A stretch of DNA of 64,000 bases, taken from Escherichia coli (lineage in GTDB: Bacteria > Pseudomonadota > Gammaproteobacteria > Enterobacterales > Enterobacteriaceae). Positions within the stretch are counted from its first letter, which is position 1. Every line of letters starts with the position of its first letter. The stretch is from assembly GCF_036507355.1 (NCBI RefSeq), contig NZ_AP027877.1. One strand, written 5' to 3'. Shown piece by piece: positions 20,684 to 32,933 of this stretch. The position numbers and the translations under genes are program-made. The notes beneath the pieces are model-generated. The model worked only from the letters and a program-made list of their open reading frames with translations, was not told the origin of the DNA and did no database searches.

Positions 20684-23166
20684 AACTCAGTCGTCGTAGC
20701 TTTATGAAAGCTAACGCCGTTGCGGCCGCTGCGGCGGCTGCCGGTCTCAGCGTGCCGGGCGTTGCCCGCGCCGTTGTTGGTCAGCAGGAAGCCATCAAAT
20801 GGGATAAAGCGCCGTGCCGTTTCTGCGGTACTGGTTGCGGCGTTCTGGTCGGAACGCAGCAGGGGCGTGTGGTGGCCTGTCAGGGCGACCCGGACGCACC
20901 GGTTAACCGTGGCCTGAACTGCATTAAGGGCTATTTCCTGCCCAAGATCATGTACGGTAAAGACCGTTTGACGCAGCCGCTGCTGCGTATGAAAAACGGT
21001 AAATATGACAAAGAAGGCGAATTTACCCCAATCACCTGGGATCAGGCCTTCGATGTGATGGAAGAGAAATTCAAAACCGCCCTGAAAGAAAAAGGGCCGG
21101 AATCGATCGGTATGTTCGGTTCTGGTCAGTGGACTATCTGGGAAGGTTATGCCGCGTCCAAGCTGTTTAAAGCGGGCTTCCGTTCGAACAACATCGACCC
21201 GAACGCGCGTCACTGTATGGCGTCGGCAGTAGTTGGCTTTATGCGTACCTTTGGTATGGATGAGCCGATGGGCTGCTATGACGACATCGAGCAGGCTGAC
21301 GCGTTTGTGCTGTGGGGCGCAAACATGGCGGAGATGCACCCGATCCTCTGGTCACGCATCACTAACCGTCGTCTCTCTAACCAGGACGTCACCGTGGCGG
21401 TGCTTTCAACCTACCAGCATCGTAGCTTCGAGCTGGCGGATAACGGCATCATCTTTACGCCGCAATCTGACCTGGTGATCCTGAACTACATCGCCAACTA
21501 TATCATTCAAAACAATGCGATAAATCAGGACTTCTTCAGCAAGCACGTTAACCTGCGCAAAGGGGCGACGGACATCGGCTACGGTTTACGTCCGACCCAT
21601 CCGCTGGAAAAAGCAGCGAAGAATCCGGGTTCTGACGCCTCCGAACCGATGAGCTTCGAAGATTACAAAGCCTTCGTTGCTGAGTATACGCTGGAAAAAA
21701 CCGCTGAAATGACCGGCGTGCCGAAAGACCAGTTAGAACAACTGGCGCAGCTGTATGCCGATCCGAACAAGAAAGTCATCTCCTACTGGACGATGGGCTT
21801 CAACCAGCATACTCGTGGCGTGTGGGCCAACAACCTGGTCTACAACCTGCACCTGCTGACCGGCAAAATTTCCCAGCCGGGTTGCGGTCCGTTCTCCCTG
21901 ACCGGGCAGCCTTCCGCGTGTGGTACTGCGCGTGAAGTGGGCACCTTTGCCCACCGTCTGCCTGCGGACATGGTGGTGACTAACGAGAAACATCGTGATA
22001 TCTGCGAGAAGAAGTGGAATATCCCGAGCGGCACCATTCCGGCGAAAATCGGTCTGCATGCTGTAGCACAAGACCGTGCGCTGAAAGACGGCAAGCTGAA
22101 TGTTTACTGGACCATGTGTACCAACAACATGCAGGCCGGGCCGAACATCAATGAAGAGCGTATGCCGGGCTGGCGCGATCCGCGCAACTTCATCATCGTC
22201 TCCGATCCGTATCCGACAGTCAGTGCGCTGGCCGCCGACTTGATCCTGCCGACCGCAATGTGGGTAGAGAAAGAGGGCGCTTACGGTAACGCCGAACGCC
22301 GTACTCAGTTCTGGCGTCAGCAGGTACAGGCGCCAGGCGAAGCGAAATCGGACCTCTGGCAGTTAGTCCAGTTCTCCCGCCGCTTCAAAACTGAAGAAGT
22401 ATGGCCGGAAGAGCTGCTGGCGAAGAAACCGGAACTGCGTGGCAAAACGCTGTACGAAGTTCTGTATGCCACCCCCGAAGTGAGCAAATTCCCGGTATCC
22501 GAACTGGCGGAAGATCAGCTGAACGATGAATCCCGCGAGCTGGGCTTCTATCTGCAAAAAGGGCTGTTCGAAGAGTACGCATGGTTTGGTCGCGGTCACG
22601 GTCACGATCTCGCGCCGTTCGATGACTACCACAAAGCGCGCGGTCTGCGCTGGCCGGTGGTGAACGGTAAAGAAACGCAGTGGCGTTACAGCGAAGGTAA
22701 CGACCCGTACGTGAAAGCGGGCGAAGGCTATAAGTTCTACGGTAAACCGGATGGCAAAGCGGTGATCTTCGCACTGCCGTTCGAACCGGCGGCGGAAGCA
22801 CCGGATGAAGAGTACGACCTGTGGCTCTCTACCGGACGCGTTCTGGAGCACTGGCACACCGGCAGTATGACTCGCCGTGTGCCGGAACTGCACCGCGCCT
22901 TCCCGGAAGCGGTCTTGTTTATTCACCCGCTGGATGCGAAAGCGCGCGATCTGCGTCGTGGCGACAAAGTGAAAGTGGTTTCTCGCCGTGGCGAAGTGAT
23001 CTCGATTGTCGAAACGCGCGGTCGTAACCGCCCGCCGCAGGGCCTGGTGTACATGCCGTTCTTCGACGCCGCACAGCTGGTTAACAAACTGACGCTGGAC
23101 GCGACCGATCCGCTCTCGAAAGAGACGGACTTCAAGAAGTGCGCGGTCAAACTGGAGAAGGTGTAA
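20680..23166 (+). CDS. napA: periplasmic nitrate reductase catalytic subunit NapA (828 aa)
   Basis: ORF track; twin-arginine signal (SRRSFMK), molybdopterin oxidoreductase. Confidence 0.95.
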   Translation: MKLSRRSFMKANAVAAAAAAAGLSVPGVARAVVGQQEAIKWDKAPCRFCGTGCGVLVGTQQGRVVACQGDPDAPVNRGLNCIKGYFLPKIMYGKDRLTQPLLRMKNGKYDKEGEFTPITWDQAFDVMEEKFKTALKEKGPESIGMFGSGQWTIWEGYAASKLFKAGFRSNNIDPNARHCMASAVVGFMRTFGMDEPMGCYDDIEQADAFVLWGANMAEMHPILWSRITNRRLSNQDVTVAVLSTYQHRSFELADNGIIFTPQSDLVILNYIANYIIQNNAINQDFFSKHVNLRKGATDIGYGLRPTHPLEKAAKNPGSDASEPMSFEDYKAFVAEYTLEKTAEMTGVPKDQLEQLAQLYADPNKKVISYWTMGFNQHTRGVWANNLVYNLHLLTGKISQPGCGPFSLTGQPSACGTAREVGTFAHRLPADMVVTNEKHRDICEKKWNIPSGTIPAKIGLHAVAQDRALKDGKLNVYWTMCTNNMQAGPNINEERMPGWRDPRNFIIVSDPYPTVSALAADLILPTAMWVEKEGAYGNAERRTQFWRQQVQAPGEAKSDLWQLVQFSRRFKTEEVWPEELLAKKPELRGKTLYEVLYATPEVSKFPVSELAEDQLNDESRELGFYLQKGLFEEYAWFGRGHGHDLAPFDDYHKARGLRWPVVNGKETQWRYSEGNDPYVKAGEGYKFYGKPDGKAVIFALPFEPAAEAPDEEYDLWLSTGRVLEHWHTGSMTRRVPELHRAFPEAVLFIHPLDAKARDLRRGDKVKVVSRRGEVISIVETRGRNRPPQGLVYMPFFDAAQLVNKLTLDATDPLSKETDFKKCAVKLEKV

Positions 23167-23172
23167 GCCATT

Positions 23173-23868
23173 ATGTCCCGGTCAGCGAAACCTCAAAATG
23201 GTCGCCGCCGCTTTCTGCGCGATGTTGTTCGCACAGCAGGCGGGCTGGCTGCCGTGGGTGTGGCGCTGGGGTTACAACAGCAAACCGCACGCGCATCTGG
23301 CGTGCGGTTGCGCCCGCCCGGAGCCATAAACGAGAACGCCTTTGCCAGTGCCTGTGTGCGTTGTGGTCAGTGTGTTCAGGCTTGCCCTTACGACACCTTA
23401 AAACTGGCGACGCTGGCCTCTGGTCTGTCGGCGGGCACGCCATATTTTGTCGCACGGGATATTCCTTGCGAAATGTGTGAGGACATTACGTGCGCCAAAG
23501 TGTGCCCGAGCGGTGCGCTGGATCGTGAGATCGAATCGATCGACGACGCGCGGATGGGGCTGGCGGTGCTGGTGGACCAGGAAAACTGTCTCAACTTTCA
23601 GGGGCTGCGCTGCGATGTTTGTTATCGCGAATGCCCGAAAATTGATGAGGCTATCACCCTGGAGCTGGAGCGCAATACGCGTACCGGTAAGCACGCCCGC
23701 TTTCTGCCGACGGTTCACAGCGACGCCTGTACCGGTTGCGGTAAGTGCGAAAAAGTGTGCGTGCTGGAACAACCGGCAATCAAGGTGTTACCGCTGTCAC
23801 TGGCGAAAGGGGAGTTAGGTCACCATTACCGCTTCGGCTGGCTGGAGGGGAACAATGGCAAATCGTAA
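23173..23868 (+). CDS. napG: ferredoxin-type protein NapG (231 aa)
   Basis: ORF track; Tat signal and 4Fe-4S cysteine clusters. Confidence 0.92.
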   Translation: MSRSAKPQNGRRRFLRDVVRTAGGLAAVGVALGLQQQTARASGVRLRPPGAINENAFASACVRCGQCVQACPYDTLKLATLASGLSAGTPYFVARDIPCEMCEDITCAKVCPSGALDREIESIDDARMGLAVLVDQENCLNFQGLRCDVCYRECPKIDEAITLELERNTRTGKHARFLPTVHSDACTGCGKCEKVCVLEQPAIKVLPLSLAKGELGHHYRFGWLEGNNGKS

Positions 23869-24718
23869 ACGTGACGCCGGGCGCGAGGCGCTGGAGAAAA
23901 AAGGCTGGTGGCGCAGTCACCGTTGGCTGGTGTTACGTCGCCTTTGTCAGTTCTTCGTGCTGGGGATGTTTTTGAGCGGTCCGTGGTTTGGTGTGTGGAT
24001 CTTGCACGGCAACTACAGCAGTAGCCTGTTATTCGACACCGTTCCGCTGACCGATCCGCTGATGACGCTGCAAAGTCTTGCCAGTGGTCATCTGCCTGCC
24101 ACGGTGGCGTTGACCGGTGCGGTGATTATCACCGTGCTCTACGCCCTGGCAGGAAAGCGATTATTTTGCAGCTGGGTCTGCCCGCTGAACCCGATTACCG
24201 ACTTAGCGAACTGGTTACGCAGGCGCTTTGACCTCAATCAGTCTGCGACGATCCCTCGCCACATTCGCTACGTACTGTTGGTGGTCATTCTGCTGGGATC
24301 GGCCTTAACTGGCACGCTCATCTGGGAATGGATCAACCCCGTTTCTCTGATGGGGCGTAGCCTGGTAATGGGCTTCGGCAGCGGCGCGCTGCTTATTCTC
24401 GCGCTGTTTTTATTTGATCTACTGGTCGTTGAACACGGCTGGTGCGGGCACATTTGTCCGGTTGGCGCGCTGTATGGCGTGCTGGGTAGCAAAGGTGTGA
24501 TTACCGTTGCGGCCAGCGATCGGCAGAAATGTAACCGCTGTATGGATTGTTTTCATGTTTGCCCGGAACCGCATGTGCTACGTGCCCCGGTGCTGGATGA
24601 ACAAAGCCCGGTGCAGGTCACCAGCCGCGATTGCATGACGTGCGGTCGCTGCGTGGATGTCTGTTCTGAGGATGTATTTACAATAACTACACGATGGAGT
24701 TCGGGAGCGAAATCATGA
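23855..24718 (+). CDS. napH: membrane ferredoxin NapH (287 aa)
   Basis: ORF track; TM helices and C-terminal Fe-S motifs; 14-nt overlap with napG. Confidence 0.92.
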   Translation: MANRKRDAGREALEKKGWWRSHRWLVLRRLCQFFVLGMFLSGPWFGVWILHGNYSSSLLFDTVPLTDPLMTLQSLASGHLPATVALTGAVIITVLYALAGKRLFCSWVCPLNPITDLANWLRRRFDLNQSATIPRHIRYVLLVVILLGSALTGTLIWEWINPVSLMGRSLVMGFGSGALLILALFLFDLLVVEHGWCGHICPVGALYGVLGSKGVITVAASDRQKCNRCMDCFHVCPEPHVLRAPVLDEQSPVQVTSRDCMTCGRCVDVCSEDVFTITTRWSSGAKS

Positions 24719-25164
24719 AAAGCCATGACCTGAAGAAAGCGCTGTATCAATGGACGGCGATGCTGGCCCTGGTGGTAAGCGGCGCGGTTTGGGCGGCTAA
24801 TGGCGTCGATTTTAGCCAGTCGCCGGAAGTATCCGGGACGCAGGAAGGGGCCATTCGGATGCCAAAAGAGCAGGATCGGATGCCGCTGAACTATGTGAAT
24901 CAGCCGCCAATGATCCCGCATAGCGTTGAAGGTTATCAGGTAACGACCAATACCAACCGCTGCTTGCAGTGCCACGGTGTCGAAAGCTATCGCACCACTG
25001 GCGCGCCGCGTATCAGTCCTACTCACTTTATGGACAGCGACGGCAAAGTGGGCGCGGAAGTGGCTCCGCGTCGTTATTTCTGTCTGCAATGTCACGTACC
25101 GCAGGCCGATACCGCGCCAATCGTGGGGAATACCTTTACCCCATCAAAAGGTTACGGGAAATAA
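24715..25164 (+). CDS. napB: dihaem cytochrome c NapB (149 aa)
   Basis: ATG at 24715 gives MKSHDLKK...; two CxxCH haem motifs; the track ORF begins 7 codons earlier; overlaps napH stop (ATGA). Confidence 0.9.
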   Translation: MKSHDLKKALYQWTAMLALVVSGAVWAANGVDFSQSPEVSGTQEGAIRMPKEQDRMPLNYVNQPPMIPHSVEGYQVTTNTNRCLQCHGVESYRTTGAPRISPTHFMDSDGKVGAEVAPRRYFCLQCHVPQADTAPIVGNTFTPSKGYGK

Positions 25165-25173
25165 GAGGTTATT

Positions 25174-25776
25174 ATGGGAAATTCTGACCGTAAGCCTGGT
25201 CTGATTAAGCGCCTGTGGAAATGGTGGCGTACCCCCAGCCGTCTGGCGCTGGGGACGCTGCTGTTGATCGGTTTTGTCGGCGGCATCGTCTTCTGGGGCG
25301 GCTTTAACACTGGGATGGAAAAAGCCAATACCGAAGAGTTCTGCATTAGCTGCCACGAAATGCGTAACACGGTGTATCAGGAATACATGGATTCCGTGCA
25401 CTACAACAACCGTAGCGGCGTCCGTGCGACCTGTCCGGATTGTCACGTTCCGCACGAGTTTGTGCCGAAGATGATACGCAAGCTCAAAGCAAGTAAAGAG
25501 CTGTATGGTAAAATTTTTGGCGTTATTGACACGCCGCAGAAATTTGAAGCTCATCGTCTGACGATGGCACAGAATGAGTGGCGGCGCATGAAGGACAATA
25601 ACTCGCAGGAGTGCCGTAACTGTCACAACTTCGAGTATATGGATACAACCGCCCAGAAATCGGTTGCCGCGAAGATGCATGACCAGGCGGTGAAAGATGG
25701 GCAAACCTGTATTGATTGCCATAAAGGGATAGCGCACAAGCTGCCCGATATGCGTGAAGTCGAGCCAGGTTTTTAA
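25174..25776 (+). CDS. napC: tetrahaem cytochrome c NapC (200 aa)
   Basis: ORF track; four CxxCH motifs, N-terminal membrane anchor. Confidence 0.93.
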   Translation: MGNSDRKPGLIKRLWKWWRTPSRLALGTLLLIGFVGGIVFWGGFNTGMEKANTEEFCISCHEMRNTVYQEYMDSVHYNNRSGVRATCPDCHVPHEFVPKMIRKLKASKELYGKIFGVIDTPQKFEAHRLTMAQNEWRRMKDNNSQECRNCHNFEYMDTTAQKSVAAKMHDQAVKDGQTCIDCHKGIAHKLPDMREVEPGF

Positions 25777-25788
25777 CAGGGTTATTGC

Positions 25789-26412
25789 GTGGGTATGCTT
25801 GAAGCCAGAGAGTTACTTTGTGAGCGGGATGAACGAACCTTATTTAGTGGCTTGTCATTTACGCTGAACGCAGGAGAGTGGATACAAATCACCGGTAGCA
25901 ACGGCGCGGGGAAGACAACGCTTCTCCGTTTGCTGACGGGGTTGTCTCGCCCTGACGCAGGCGAGGTTCTCTGGCAAGGGCAGCCCTTGCATCAGGTACG
26001 CGATAGCTACCATCAAAACCTGTTATGGATAGGCCATCAGCCGGGGATCAAAACCCGGCTGACGGCGTTAGAAAATCTGCACTTTTATCATCGCGATGGC
26101 GATACCGCACAATGTCTGGAAGCCCTGGCGCAGGCCGGGCTTGCCGGATTCGAAGATATTCCGGTAAATCAACTTTCTGCCGGGCAACAACGCCGCGTCG
26201 CTTTAGCACGTCTGTGGCTGACCCGTGCCACGTTATGGATCCTCGACGAGCCTTTTACCGCGATTGACGTTAACGGCGTCGATCGTCTGACCCAGCGTAT
26301 GGCGCAGCATACGGAGCAGGGGGGGATTGTGATTCTGACTACCCACCAGCCGCTCAACGTTGCTGAAAGTAAAATTCGCCGCATTTCACTGACGCAAACG
26401 AGGGCCGTATGA
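25789..26412 (+). CDS. ccmA: haem exporter ATPase CcmA (207 aa)
   Basis: ORF track; Walker [13 protein letters not shown] signature. Confidence 0.93.
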   Translation: MGMLEARELLCERDERTLFSGLSFTLNAGEWIQITGSNGAGKTTLLRLLTGLSRPDAGEVLWQGQPLHQVRDSYHQNLLWIGHQPGIKTRLTALENLHFYHRDGDTAQCLEALAQAGLAGFEDIPVNQLSAGQQRRVALARLWLTRATLWILDEPFTAIDVNGVDRLTQRMAQHTEQGGIVILTTHQPLNVAESKIRRISLTQTRAV

Positions 26413-27071
26413 TGTTCTGGCGCATTTTCCGTCTTGAGCTGCGCGTAGCGTTTCGCCATAGCGCCGAAATCGCCAACCCGCTGTGGTTCTTCCTGATTGT
26501 AATTACCCTTTTTCCGCTCAGTATCGGTCCGGAGCCGCAACTGCTGGCGCGTATTGCACCGGGCATTATCTGGGTTGCTGCGCTGCTTTCATCCTTGCTG
26601 GCGCTGGAACGACTGTTCCGTGACGATTTGCAGGACGGCAGTCTTGAACAATTGATGTTGTTGCCGTTACCCTTGCCCGCCGTTGTGCTGGCGAAGGTGA
26701 TGGCGCACTGGATGGTAACCGGTCTGCCGTTACTCATCCTTTCGCCCCTGGTAGCAATGCTACTGGGAATGGATGTTTATGGCTGGCAAGTGATGGCGTT
26801 AACGCTACTGCTGGGAACGCCTACGCTTGGCTTTCTTGGTGCACCGGGCGTGGCGCTGACAGTGGGACTTAAGCGCGGTGGTGTGCTGCTCAGCATACTG
26901 GTGTTACCGCTGACTATCCCATTACTCATCTTTGCCACCGCCGCGATGGACGCGGCTTCCATGCATTTGCCCGTTGACGGGTATCTGGCAATTTTAGGCG
27001 CGTTGCTGGCAGGCACCGCGACATTAAGTCCTTTTGCGACGGCGGCAGCGTTACGAATCAGCATTCAATAA
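26409..27071 (+). CDS. ccmB: haem exporter membrane protein CcmB (220 aa)
   Basis: ORF track; 4-nt overlap with ccmA. Confidence 0.92.
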
Positions 27072-27112
27072 CGCTGGATTACTGATTTTTGTTCGAGTCT
27101 GGTATCGAAACT

Positions 27113-27850
27113 ATGTGGAAAACACTGCATCAACTGGCGATCCCACCACGGCTGTATCAAATCTGTGGCTGGTTTATACCGTGGCTGGCAATTGCCAGTG
27201 TGGTCGTGCTTACCGTCGGCTGGATCTGGGGATTCGGCTTTGCTCCGGCTGATTATCAGCAGGGAAATAGCTACCGCATTATCTACCTGCATGTGCCTGC
27301 GGCGATCTGGTCGATGGGCATTTATGCATCAATGGCGGTGGCGGCGTTTATTGGCCTTGTCTGGCAGATGAAAATGGCCAACCTGGCGGTGGCAGCGATG
27401 GCCCCCATTGGTGCCGTGTTTACCTTTATTGCCCTGGTTACCGGCTCTGCATGGGGAAAACCGATGTGGGGCACCTGGTGGGTATGGGATGCACGTCTGA
27501 CTTCTGAACTGGTGCTGCTGTTTTTGTATGTGGGTGTGATTGCCCTGTGGCACGCCTTCGACGACCGCCGTCTGGCGGGCCGTGCGGCAGGTATCCTGGT
27601 GCTGATTGGCGTGGTGAATCTGCCGATTATTCATTACTCCGTTGAGTGGTGGAACACCCTGCATCAGGGATCAACGCGAATGCAGCAAAGTATCGATCCT
27701 GCGATGCGTTCGCCGCTGCGCTGGTCGATTTTTGGCTTCTTGCTGCTGTCTGCCACGCTGACGCTGATGCGGATGCGTAATTTAATTTTACTGATGGAAA
27801 AACGCCGTCCGTGGGTGAGTGAACTGATACTGAAAAGAGGCCGTAAATGA
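27113..27850 (+). CDS. ccmC: haem exporter protein CcmC (245 aa)
   Basis: ATG at 27113 gives MWKTLHQLAIP...; WxxxxW-type tryptophan-rich motif (WGTWWVWD); the track ORF begins 8 codons upstream. Confidence 0.92.
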   Translation: MWKTLHQLAIPPRLYQICGWFIPWLAIASVVVLTVGWIWGFGFAPADYQQGNSYRIIYLHVPAAIWSMGIYASMAVAAFIGLVWQMKMANLAVAAMAPIGAVFTFIALVTGSAWGKPMWGTWWVWDARLTSELVLLFLYVGVIALWHAFDDRRLAGRAAGILVLIGVVNLPIIHYSVEWWNTLHQGSTRMQQSIDPAMRSPLRWSIFGFLLLSATLTLMRMRNLILLMEKRRPWVSELILKRGRK

Positions 27851-28056
27851 CCCCTGCATTTGCTTCCTGGAATGAATTTTTCGCAATGGGCGGTTACGCC
27901 TTTTTTGTCTGGCTGGCGGTGGTGATGACCGTTATTCCGCTGGTGGTTTTGGTCGTGCACTCGGTGATGCAGCATCGCGCAATTCTGCGTGGTGTGGCGC
28001 AACAGCGGGCGCGTGAGGCGCGTTTACGTGCTGCGCAACAGCAGGAGGCTGCATGA
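27847..28056 (+). CDS. ccmD: haem exporter protein CcmD (69 aa)
   Basis: ORF track; small single-TM protein; overlapping start/stop. Confidence 0.9.
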
Positions 28057-28532
28057 ATATTCGCCGTAAAAACCGCTTGTGGATTGCCTGTGCCGTGTTG
28101 GCAGGGCTGGCGCTGACTATCGGTCTGGTGCTATATGCGCTGCGCTCGAATATCGATCTCTTTTATACGCCGGGGGAAATTCTCTACGGCAAGCGTGAAA
28201 CTCAGCAGATGCCGGAAGTCGGTCAGCGTCTGCGCGTTGGCGGGATGGTGATGCCGGGTAGTGTGCAGCGCGATCCCAATTCGCTGAAAGTGACCTTCAC
28301 CATTTACGACGCTGAAGGCTCAGTGGATGTCTCTTACGAAGGCATTTTGCCGGATCTGTTCCGTGAAGGGCAGGGCGTTGTGGTGCAGGGCGAGCTGGAA
28401 AAAGGCAATCATATCCTCGCGAAAGAAGTGCTGGCGAAACATGATGAAAATTATACGCCGCCAGAAGTTGAGAAAGCGATGGAAGCTAACCATCGTCGCC
28501 CGGCGAGTGTTTATAAGGACCCAGCATCATGA
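28053..28532 (+). CDS. ccmE: haem chaperone CcmE (159 aa)
   Basis: ORF track; conserved haem-binding His region. Confidence 0.92.
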
Positions 28533-30472
28533 TGCCGGAAATTGGAAACGGGCTGCTGTGCCTGGCGTTAGGGATTGCGCTGCTGCTGTCCGTGTATCCG
28601 CTATGGGGCGTGGCGCGCGGAGATGCGCGCATGATGGCGTCTTCCCGCTTGTTTGCCTGGCTGCTGTTTATGTCTGTGGCTGGCGCATTTCTGGTGCTGG
28701 TCAATGCTTTCGTGGTCAACGACTTTACCGTCACCTATGTTGCCAGCAACTCCAATACCCAGCTTCCGGTGTGGTATCGCGTGGCGGCTACCTGGGGCGC
28801 GCATGAAGGCTCGCTACTGCTGTGGGTGCTGCTGATGAGCGGCTGGACCTTTGCGGTGGCGATTTTTAGTCAGCGTATTCCGCTGGATATTGTGGCCCGC
28901 GTATTGGCGATAATGGGGATGGTCAGTGTCGGCTTTTTGCTGTTCATTCTCTTTACCTCTAACCCATTCTCACGCACGCTGCCGAACTTCCCGATTGAAG
29001 GGCGCGATCTTAACCCGCTGTTACAGGATCCGGGGCTGATCTTCCATCCGCCTCTGCTTTATATGGGGTACGTGGGTTTCTCGGTGGCGTTTGCTTTTGC
29101 CATTGCTTCTTTGTTGAGCGGGCGTCTGGACAGCACTTATGCGCGTTTTACTCGTCCGTGGACACTGGCAGCGTGGATCTTTCTGACGCTCGGCATTGTG
29201 CTCGGTTCCGCATGGGCCTATTACGAACTCGGCTGGGGCGGCTGGTGGTTCTGGGATCCGGTAGAAAACGCCTCATTTATGCCGTGGTTGGTGGGGACTG
29301 CGCTGATGCACTCACTGGCGGTCACTGAACAACGCGCCAGCTTCAAAGCGTGGACATTATTGCTGGCAATCAGTGCCTTCTCGTTGTGTCTGTTGGGGAC
29401 TTTCCTCGTGCGTTCCGGCGTGCTGGTATCGGTACACGCGTTTGCGTCTGATCCGGCGCGCGGTATGTTTATCCTCGCCTTTATGGTGCTGGTGATTGGC
29501 GGTTCGTTGCTGCTGTTTGCCGCGCGTGGACACAAAGTTCGCTCACGCGTAAACAATGCGCTGTGGTCGCGGGAATCTCTGCTGTTAGCGAACAACGTTT
29601 TGCTGGTCGCCGCGATGCTGGTGGTGTTACTGGGGACGCTGCTGCCGCTGGTGCACAAGCAACTGGGACTGGGCAGCATTTCGATTGGCGAACCGTTCTT
29701 CAACACCATGTTTACCTGGCTGATGGTGCCGTTTGCGCTACTGCTTGGTGTCGGTCCTCTGGTGCGCTGGGGACGCGATCGACCGCGTAAAATCCGCAAT
29801 TTATTGATTATCGCCTTCATCTCTACGCTGGTGCTGTCGCTGCTGTTGCCGTGGCTGTTCGAAAGCAAAGTTGTGGCGATGACGGTGCTCGGCCTGGCAA
29901 TGGCCTGCTGGATTGCGGTGCTGGCAATTGCAGAAGCGGCGCTGCGTATTTCACGCGGCACGAAAACCACCTTCAGCTATTGGGGGATGGTGGCGGCTCA
30001 CCTGGGGCTGGCAGTGACAATTGTTGGTATTGCTTTCAGTCAGAACTACAGCGTTGAGCGTGATGTGCGCATGAAGTCCGGCGATAGCGTCGATATTCAT
30101 GAATATCGCTTCACCTTCCGTGATGTTAAAGAGGTGACTGGTCCGAACTGGCGCGGCGGTGTGGCGACTATCGGCGTAACGCGAGATGGCAAGCCGGAAA
30201 CGGTGCTGTATGCGGAAAAACGTTATTACAACACTGCCGGGTCGATGATGACCGAAGCGGCGATTGACGGCGGCATCACCCGTGACCTGTACGCGGCACT
30301 CGGTGAAGAACTGGAAAACGGTGCCTGGGCTGTTCGTCTTTACTACAAACCGTTTGTTCGCTGGATCTGGGCGGGCGGGCTGATGATGGCGCTGGGCGGG
30401 CTGCTGTGCCTGTTTGATCCTCGCTATCGTAAGCGCGTGAACCCGCAGAAAACTGCGCCGGAGGCTGTATGA
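28529..30472 (+). CDS. ccmF: cytochrome c haem lyase subunit CcmF (647 aa)
   Basis: ORF track; polytopic membrane protein. Confidence 0.93.
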
Positions 30473-31026
30473 AGCGCAAAGTATTGTTAATTCCTTTGAT
30501 TATCTTCCTGGCGATTGCCGCGGCGCTGCTGTGGCAGTTGGCGCGTAATGCCGAAGGGGATGATCCGACCAATCTGGAATCGGCGCTCATTGGCAAGCCT
30601 GTGCCGAAGTTTCGTCTCGAATCACTGGACAATCCGGGGCAGTTTTATCAGGCGGATGTGCTGACTCAGGGCAAACCAGTGCTGCTTAACGTCTGGGCGA
30701 CCTGGTGTCCGACCTGCCGTGCGGAACATCAATATCTGAATCAGCTTTCTGCGCAGGGCATCCGCGTGGTCGGCATGAACTATAAAGACGATCGCCAGAA
30801 GGCAATCAGCTGGCTGAAAGAGCTGGGCAATCCTTACGCGCTAAGCCTGTTTGATGGCGATGGCATGTTAGGGCTGGATCTCGGTGTCTATGGCGCGCCA
30901 GAAACGTTTCTTATTGACGGCAACGGCATCATTCGCTATCGCCATGCGGGCGATCTGAATCCTCGCGTCTGGGAAGAAGAGATCAAGCCGCTGTGGGAGA
31001 AATACAGTAAGGAGGCCGCACAATGA
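30469..31026 (+). CDS. ccmG: thiol:disulfide interchange protein CcmG/DsbE (185 aa)
   Basis: ORF track; thioredoxin motif WCPTC. Confidence 0.93.
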   Translation: MKRKVLLIPLIIFLAIAAALLWQLARNAEGDDPTNLESALIGKPVPKFRLESLDNPGQFYQADVLTQGKPVLLNVWATWCPTCRAEHQYLNQLSAQGIRVVGMNYKDDRQKAISWLKELGNPYALSLFDGDGMLGLDLGVYGAPETFLIDGNGIIRYRHAGDLNPRVWEEEIKPLWEKYSKEAAQ

Positions 31027-32075
31027 GGTTTTTATTGGGCGTGCTGATGCTGATGATCTCCGGCTCAGCGCTGGCGACCATCGACGTGTTGCAGTTTAAA
31101 GATGAAGCACAGGAACAACAGTTCCGTCAGCTCACTGAAGAACTGCGCTGCCCGAAATGCCAGAACAACAGCATTGCCGATTCCAACTCGATGATTGCCA
31201 CCGACCTGCGCCAGAAAGTGTATGAACTGATGCAGGAAGGTAAAAGTAAAAAAGAGATTGTCGATTATATGGTGGCGCGTTACGGCAACTTCGTCACTTA
31301 CGATCCGCCGTTAACGCCGCTGACCGTGCTGCTGTGGGTGCTTCCGGTAGTGGCTATTGGCATTGGCGGTTGGGTCATATACGCCCGCTCGCGGCGTCGG
31401 GTACGCGTGGTGCTGGAAGCGTTTCCTGAACAAAGCGTGCCGGAAGGTAAGCGTGCCGGATATGTTGTTTATCTGCCGGGTATTGTGGTGGCGTTAATTG
31501 TGGCTGGCGTCAGCTACTACCAGACTGGCAATTATCAGCAGGTGAAAATCTGGCAGCAGGCCACGGCACAGGTTCCGGCGTTGCTGGACAGGGCGCTGGA
31601 TCCGAAAGCCGATCCGCTCAACGAAGAAGAGATGTCGCGCCTTGCGCTGGGGATGCGTACTCAACTGCAAAAAAATCCGGGAGATATAGAAGGTTGGATT
31701 ATGTTGGGCCGCGTTGGCATGGCGCTGGGTAACGCCAGTATCGCCACCGATGCATACGCTACTGCGTATCGCCTCGATCCGAAAAACAGCGATGCCGCAC
31801 TGGGTTATGCTGAAGCGTTGACACGTTCATCTGATCCCAACGACAACCGCCTCGGCGGCGAACTGCTGCGCCAGTTGGTGAGAACGGACCATAGCAATAT
31901 TCGTGTGTTAAGCATGTATGCGTTTAATGCCTTTGAGCAGCAGCGATTTGGCGAAGCCGTTGCCGCGTGGGAGATGATGTTGAAACTCTTACCTGCCAAC
32001 GATACTCGCCGTGCGGTGATTGAACGTAGTATCGCGCAGGCGATGCAACATTTGTCGCCGCAGGAGAGTAAATAA
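31023..32075 (+). CDS. ccmH: cytochrome c maturation protein CcmH, fused CcmH/CcmI type (350 aa)
   Basis: ORF track; RCPKC motif and C-terminal TPR-like region. Confidence 0.92.
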   Translation: MRFLLGVLMLMISGSALATIDVLQFKDEAQEQQFRQLTEELRCPKCQNNSIADSNSMIATDLRQKVYELMQEGKSKKEIVDYMVARYGNFVTYDPPLTPLTVLLWVLPVVAIGIGGWVIYARSRRRVRVVLEAFPEQSVPEGKRAGYVVYLPGIVVALIVAGVSYYQTGNYQQVKIWQQATAQVPALLDRALDPKADPLNEEEMSRLALGMRTQLQKNPGDIEGWIMLGRVGMALGNASIATDAYATAYRLDPKNSDAALGYAEALTRSSDPNDNRLGGELLRQLVRTDHSNIRVLSMYAFNAFEQQRFGEAVAAWEMMLKLLPANDTRRAVIERSIAQAMQHLSPQESK

Positions 32076-32124
32076 AAAGTGGCCCGATGGTGATTCCATC
32101 AGGCCAGACTGATGACAAAGTGCG

Positions 32125-32245
32125 CTTAGTTTATGCCGGATGCGGCGTGAACGCCTTATCCGGCCTACACAATCGTGTGAATTCAATAAATTGATCGATC
32201 CGCGTAGGCCTGATAAGCGTAGCGCATCAGGCAGTTTTGCGTTTG
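32125..32245. repeat. REP element pair between ccmH and narP
   Basis: GCCGGATGCGGCGTGAACGCCTTATCCGGCCTAC and inverted partner read directly. Confidence 0.75.
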
Positions 32246-32285
32246 TCATAAATCTCAGCCCGATGATAAATCCATCGGGCTATTT

Positions 32286-32933
32286 TTATTGTGCCCCGCG
32301 TTGTTGCAGGAACAGAATGGTGGCTGCCACGCGTGAGCGGACATTGAGTTTGCGCAGCAGATTGCGAATATGTACTTTTACTGTCTGCTCGGAAATATTC
32401 AACACCGAGGCAATCTGTTTATTTGACAGCCCCTGTGCCAGCTCGTGCAGAACATCCAGCTCGCGCTCCGTCAGCACGCTGAAGGGATCTTCTTCCGCGC
32501 CAAACATTTCACGTTCATGTAAGTACTGATTGACGCGTTCGCTAAAGACTTTGCTGCCTTTCGCTCCGGCACGAATCGCTTCCAGCAACACTTCCGGGTC
32601 GCTGTCTTTCAACAGATAACCGTCTGCGCCTGCGTCTATCAGCGCAAAGACATCGCTGGAGGCATCTGATACGGTCAGGATAATAATTTGCGCGGTAACG
32701 CCATCCCTGCGCAAGGCATTGAGGGTATCCAGGCCACTCATACCTTTCATATTGAGATCCAGCAAGATCACGTCGATATCCAGTCTATTCGCCAGATCGA
32801 TAGCACTCGCGCCGTCGCCCGCTTCGGCGACCACTTCAAAGCCAGGATCAAGCTCCAGTAACTGACGAACACCGCGTCGCATAAGTGGATGATCATCCAC
32901 AATCATCACCTGAAAAGGCGTTGCTTCAGGCAT
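32286..32933 (-). CDS. narP: nitrate/nitrite response regulator NarP (215 aa)
   Basis: ATG at 32931-32933 gives MPEATPFQVMIVDDHP...; receiver plus LuxR HTH; the track ORF extends 10 codons upstream. Confidence 0.93.
   Translation of the reverse strand: MPEATPFQVMIVDDHPLMRRGVRQLLELDPGFEVVAEAGDGASAIDLANRLDIDVILLDLNMKGMSGLDTLNALRRDGVTAQIIILTVSDASSDVFALIDAGADGYLLKDSDPEVLLEAIRAGAKGSKVFSERVNQYLHEREMFGAEEDPFSVLTERELDVLHELAQGLSNKQIASVLNISEQTVKVHIRNLLRKLNVRSRVAATILFLQQRGAQ

Noticed and set aside
29221-29970. 249-aa ORF antisense to ccmF
   Set aside because: Lies wholly inside ccmF on the opposite strand; Ser/Ala/Arg-rich translation with no RBS context; same situation for antisense ORFs inside napA (22363..22926), fruA (61576..62286), apbE (12468..12899) and rcsD
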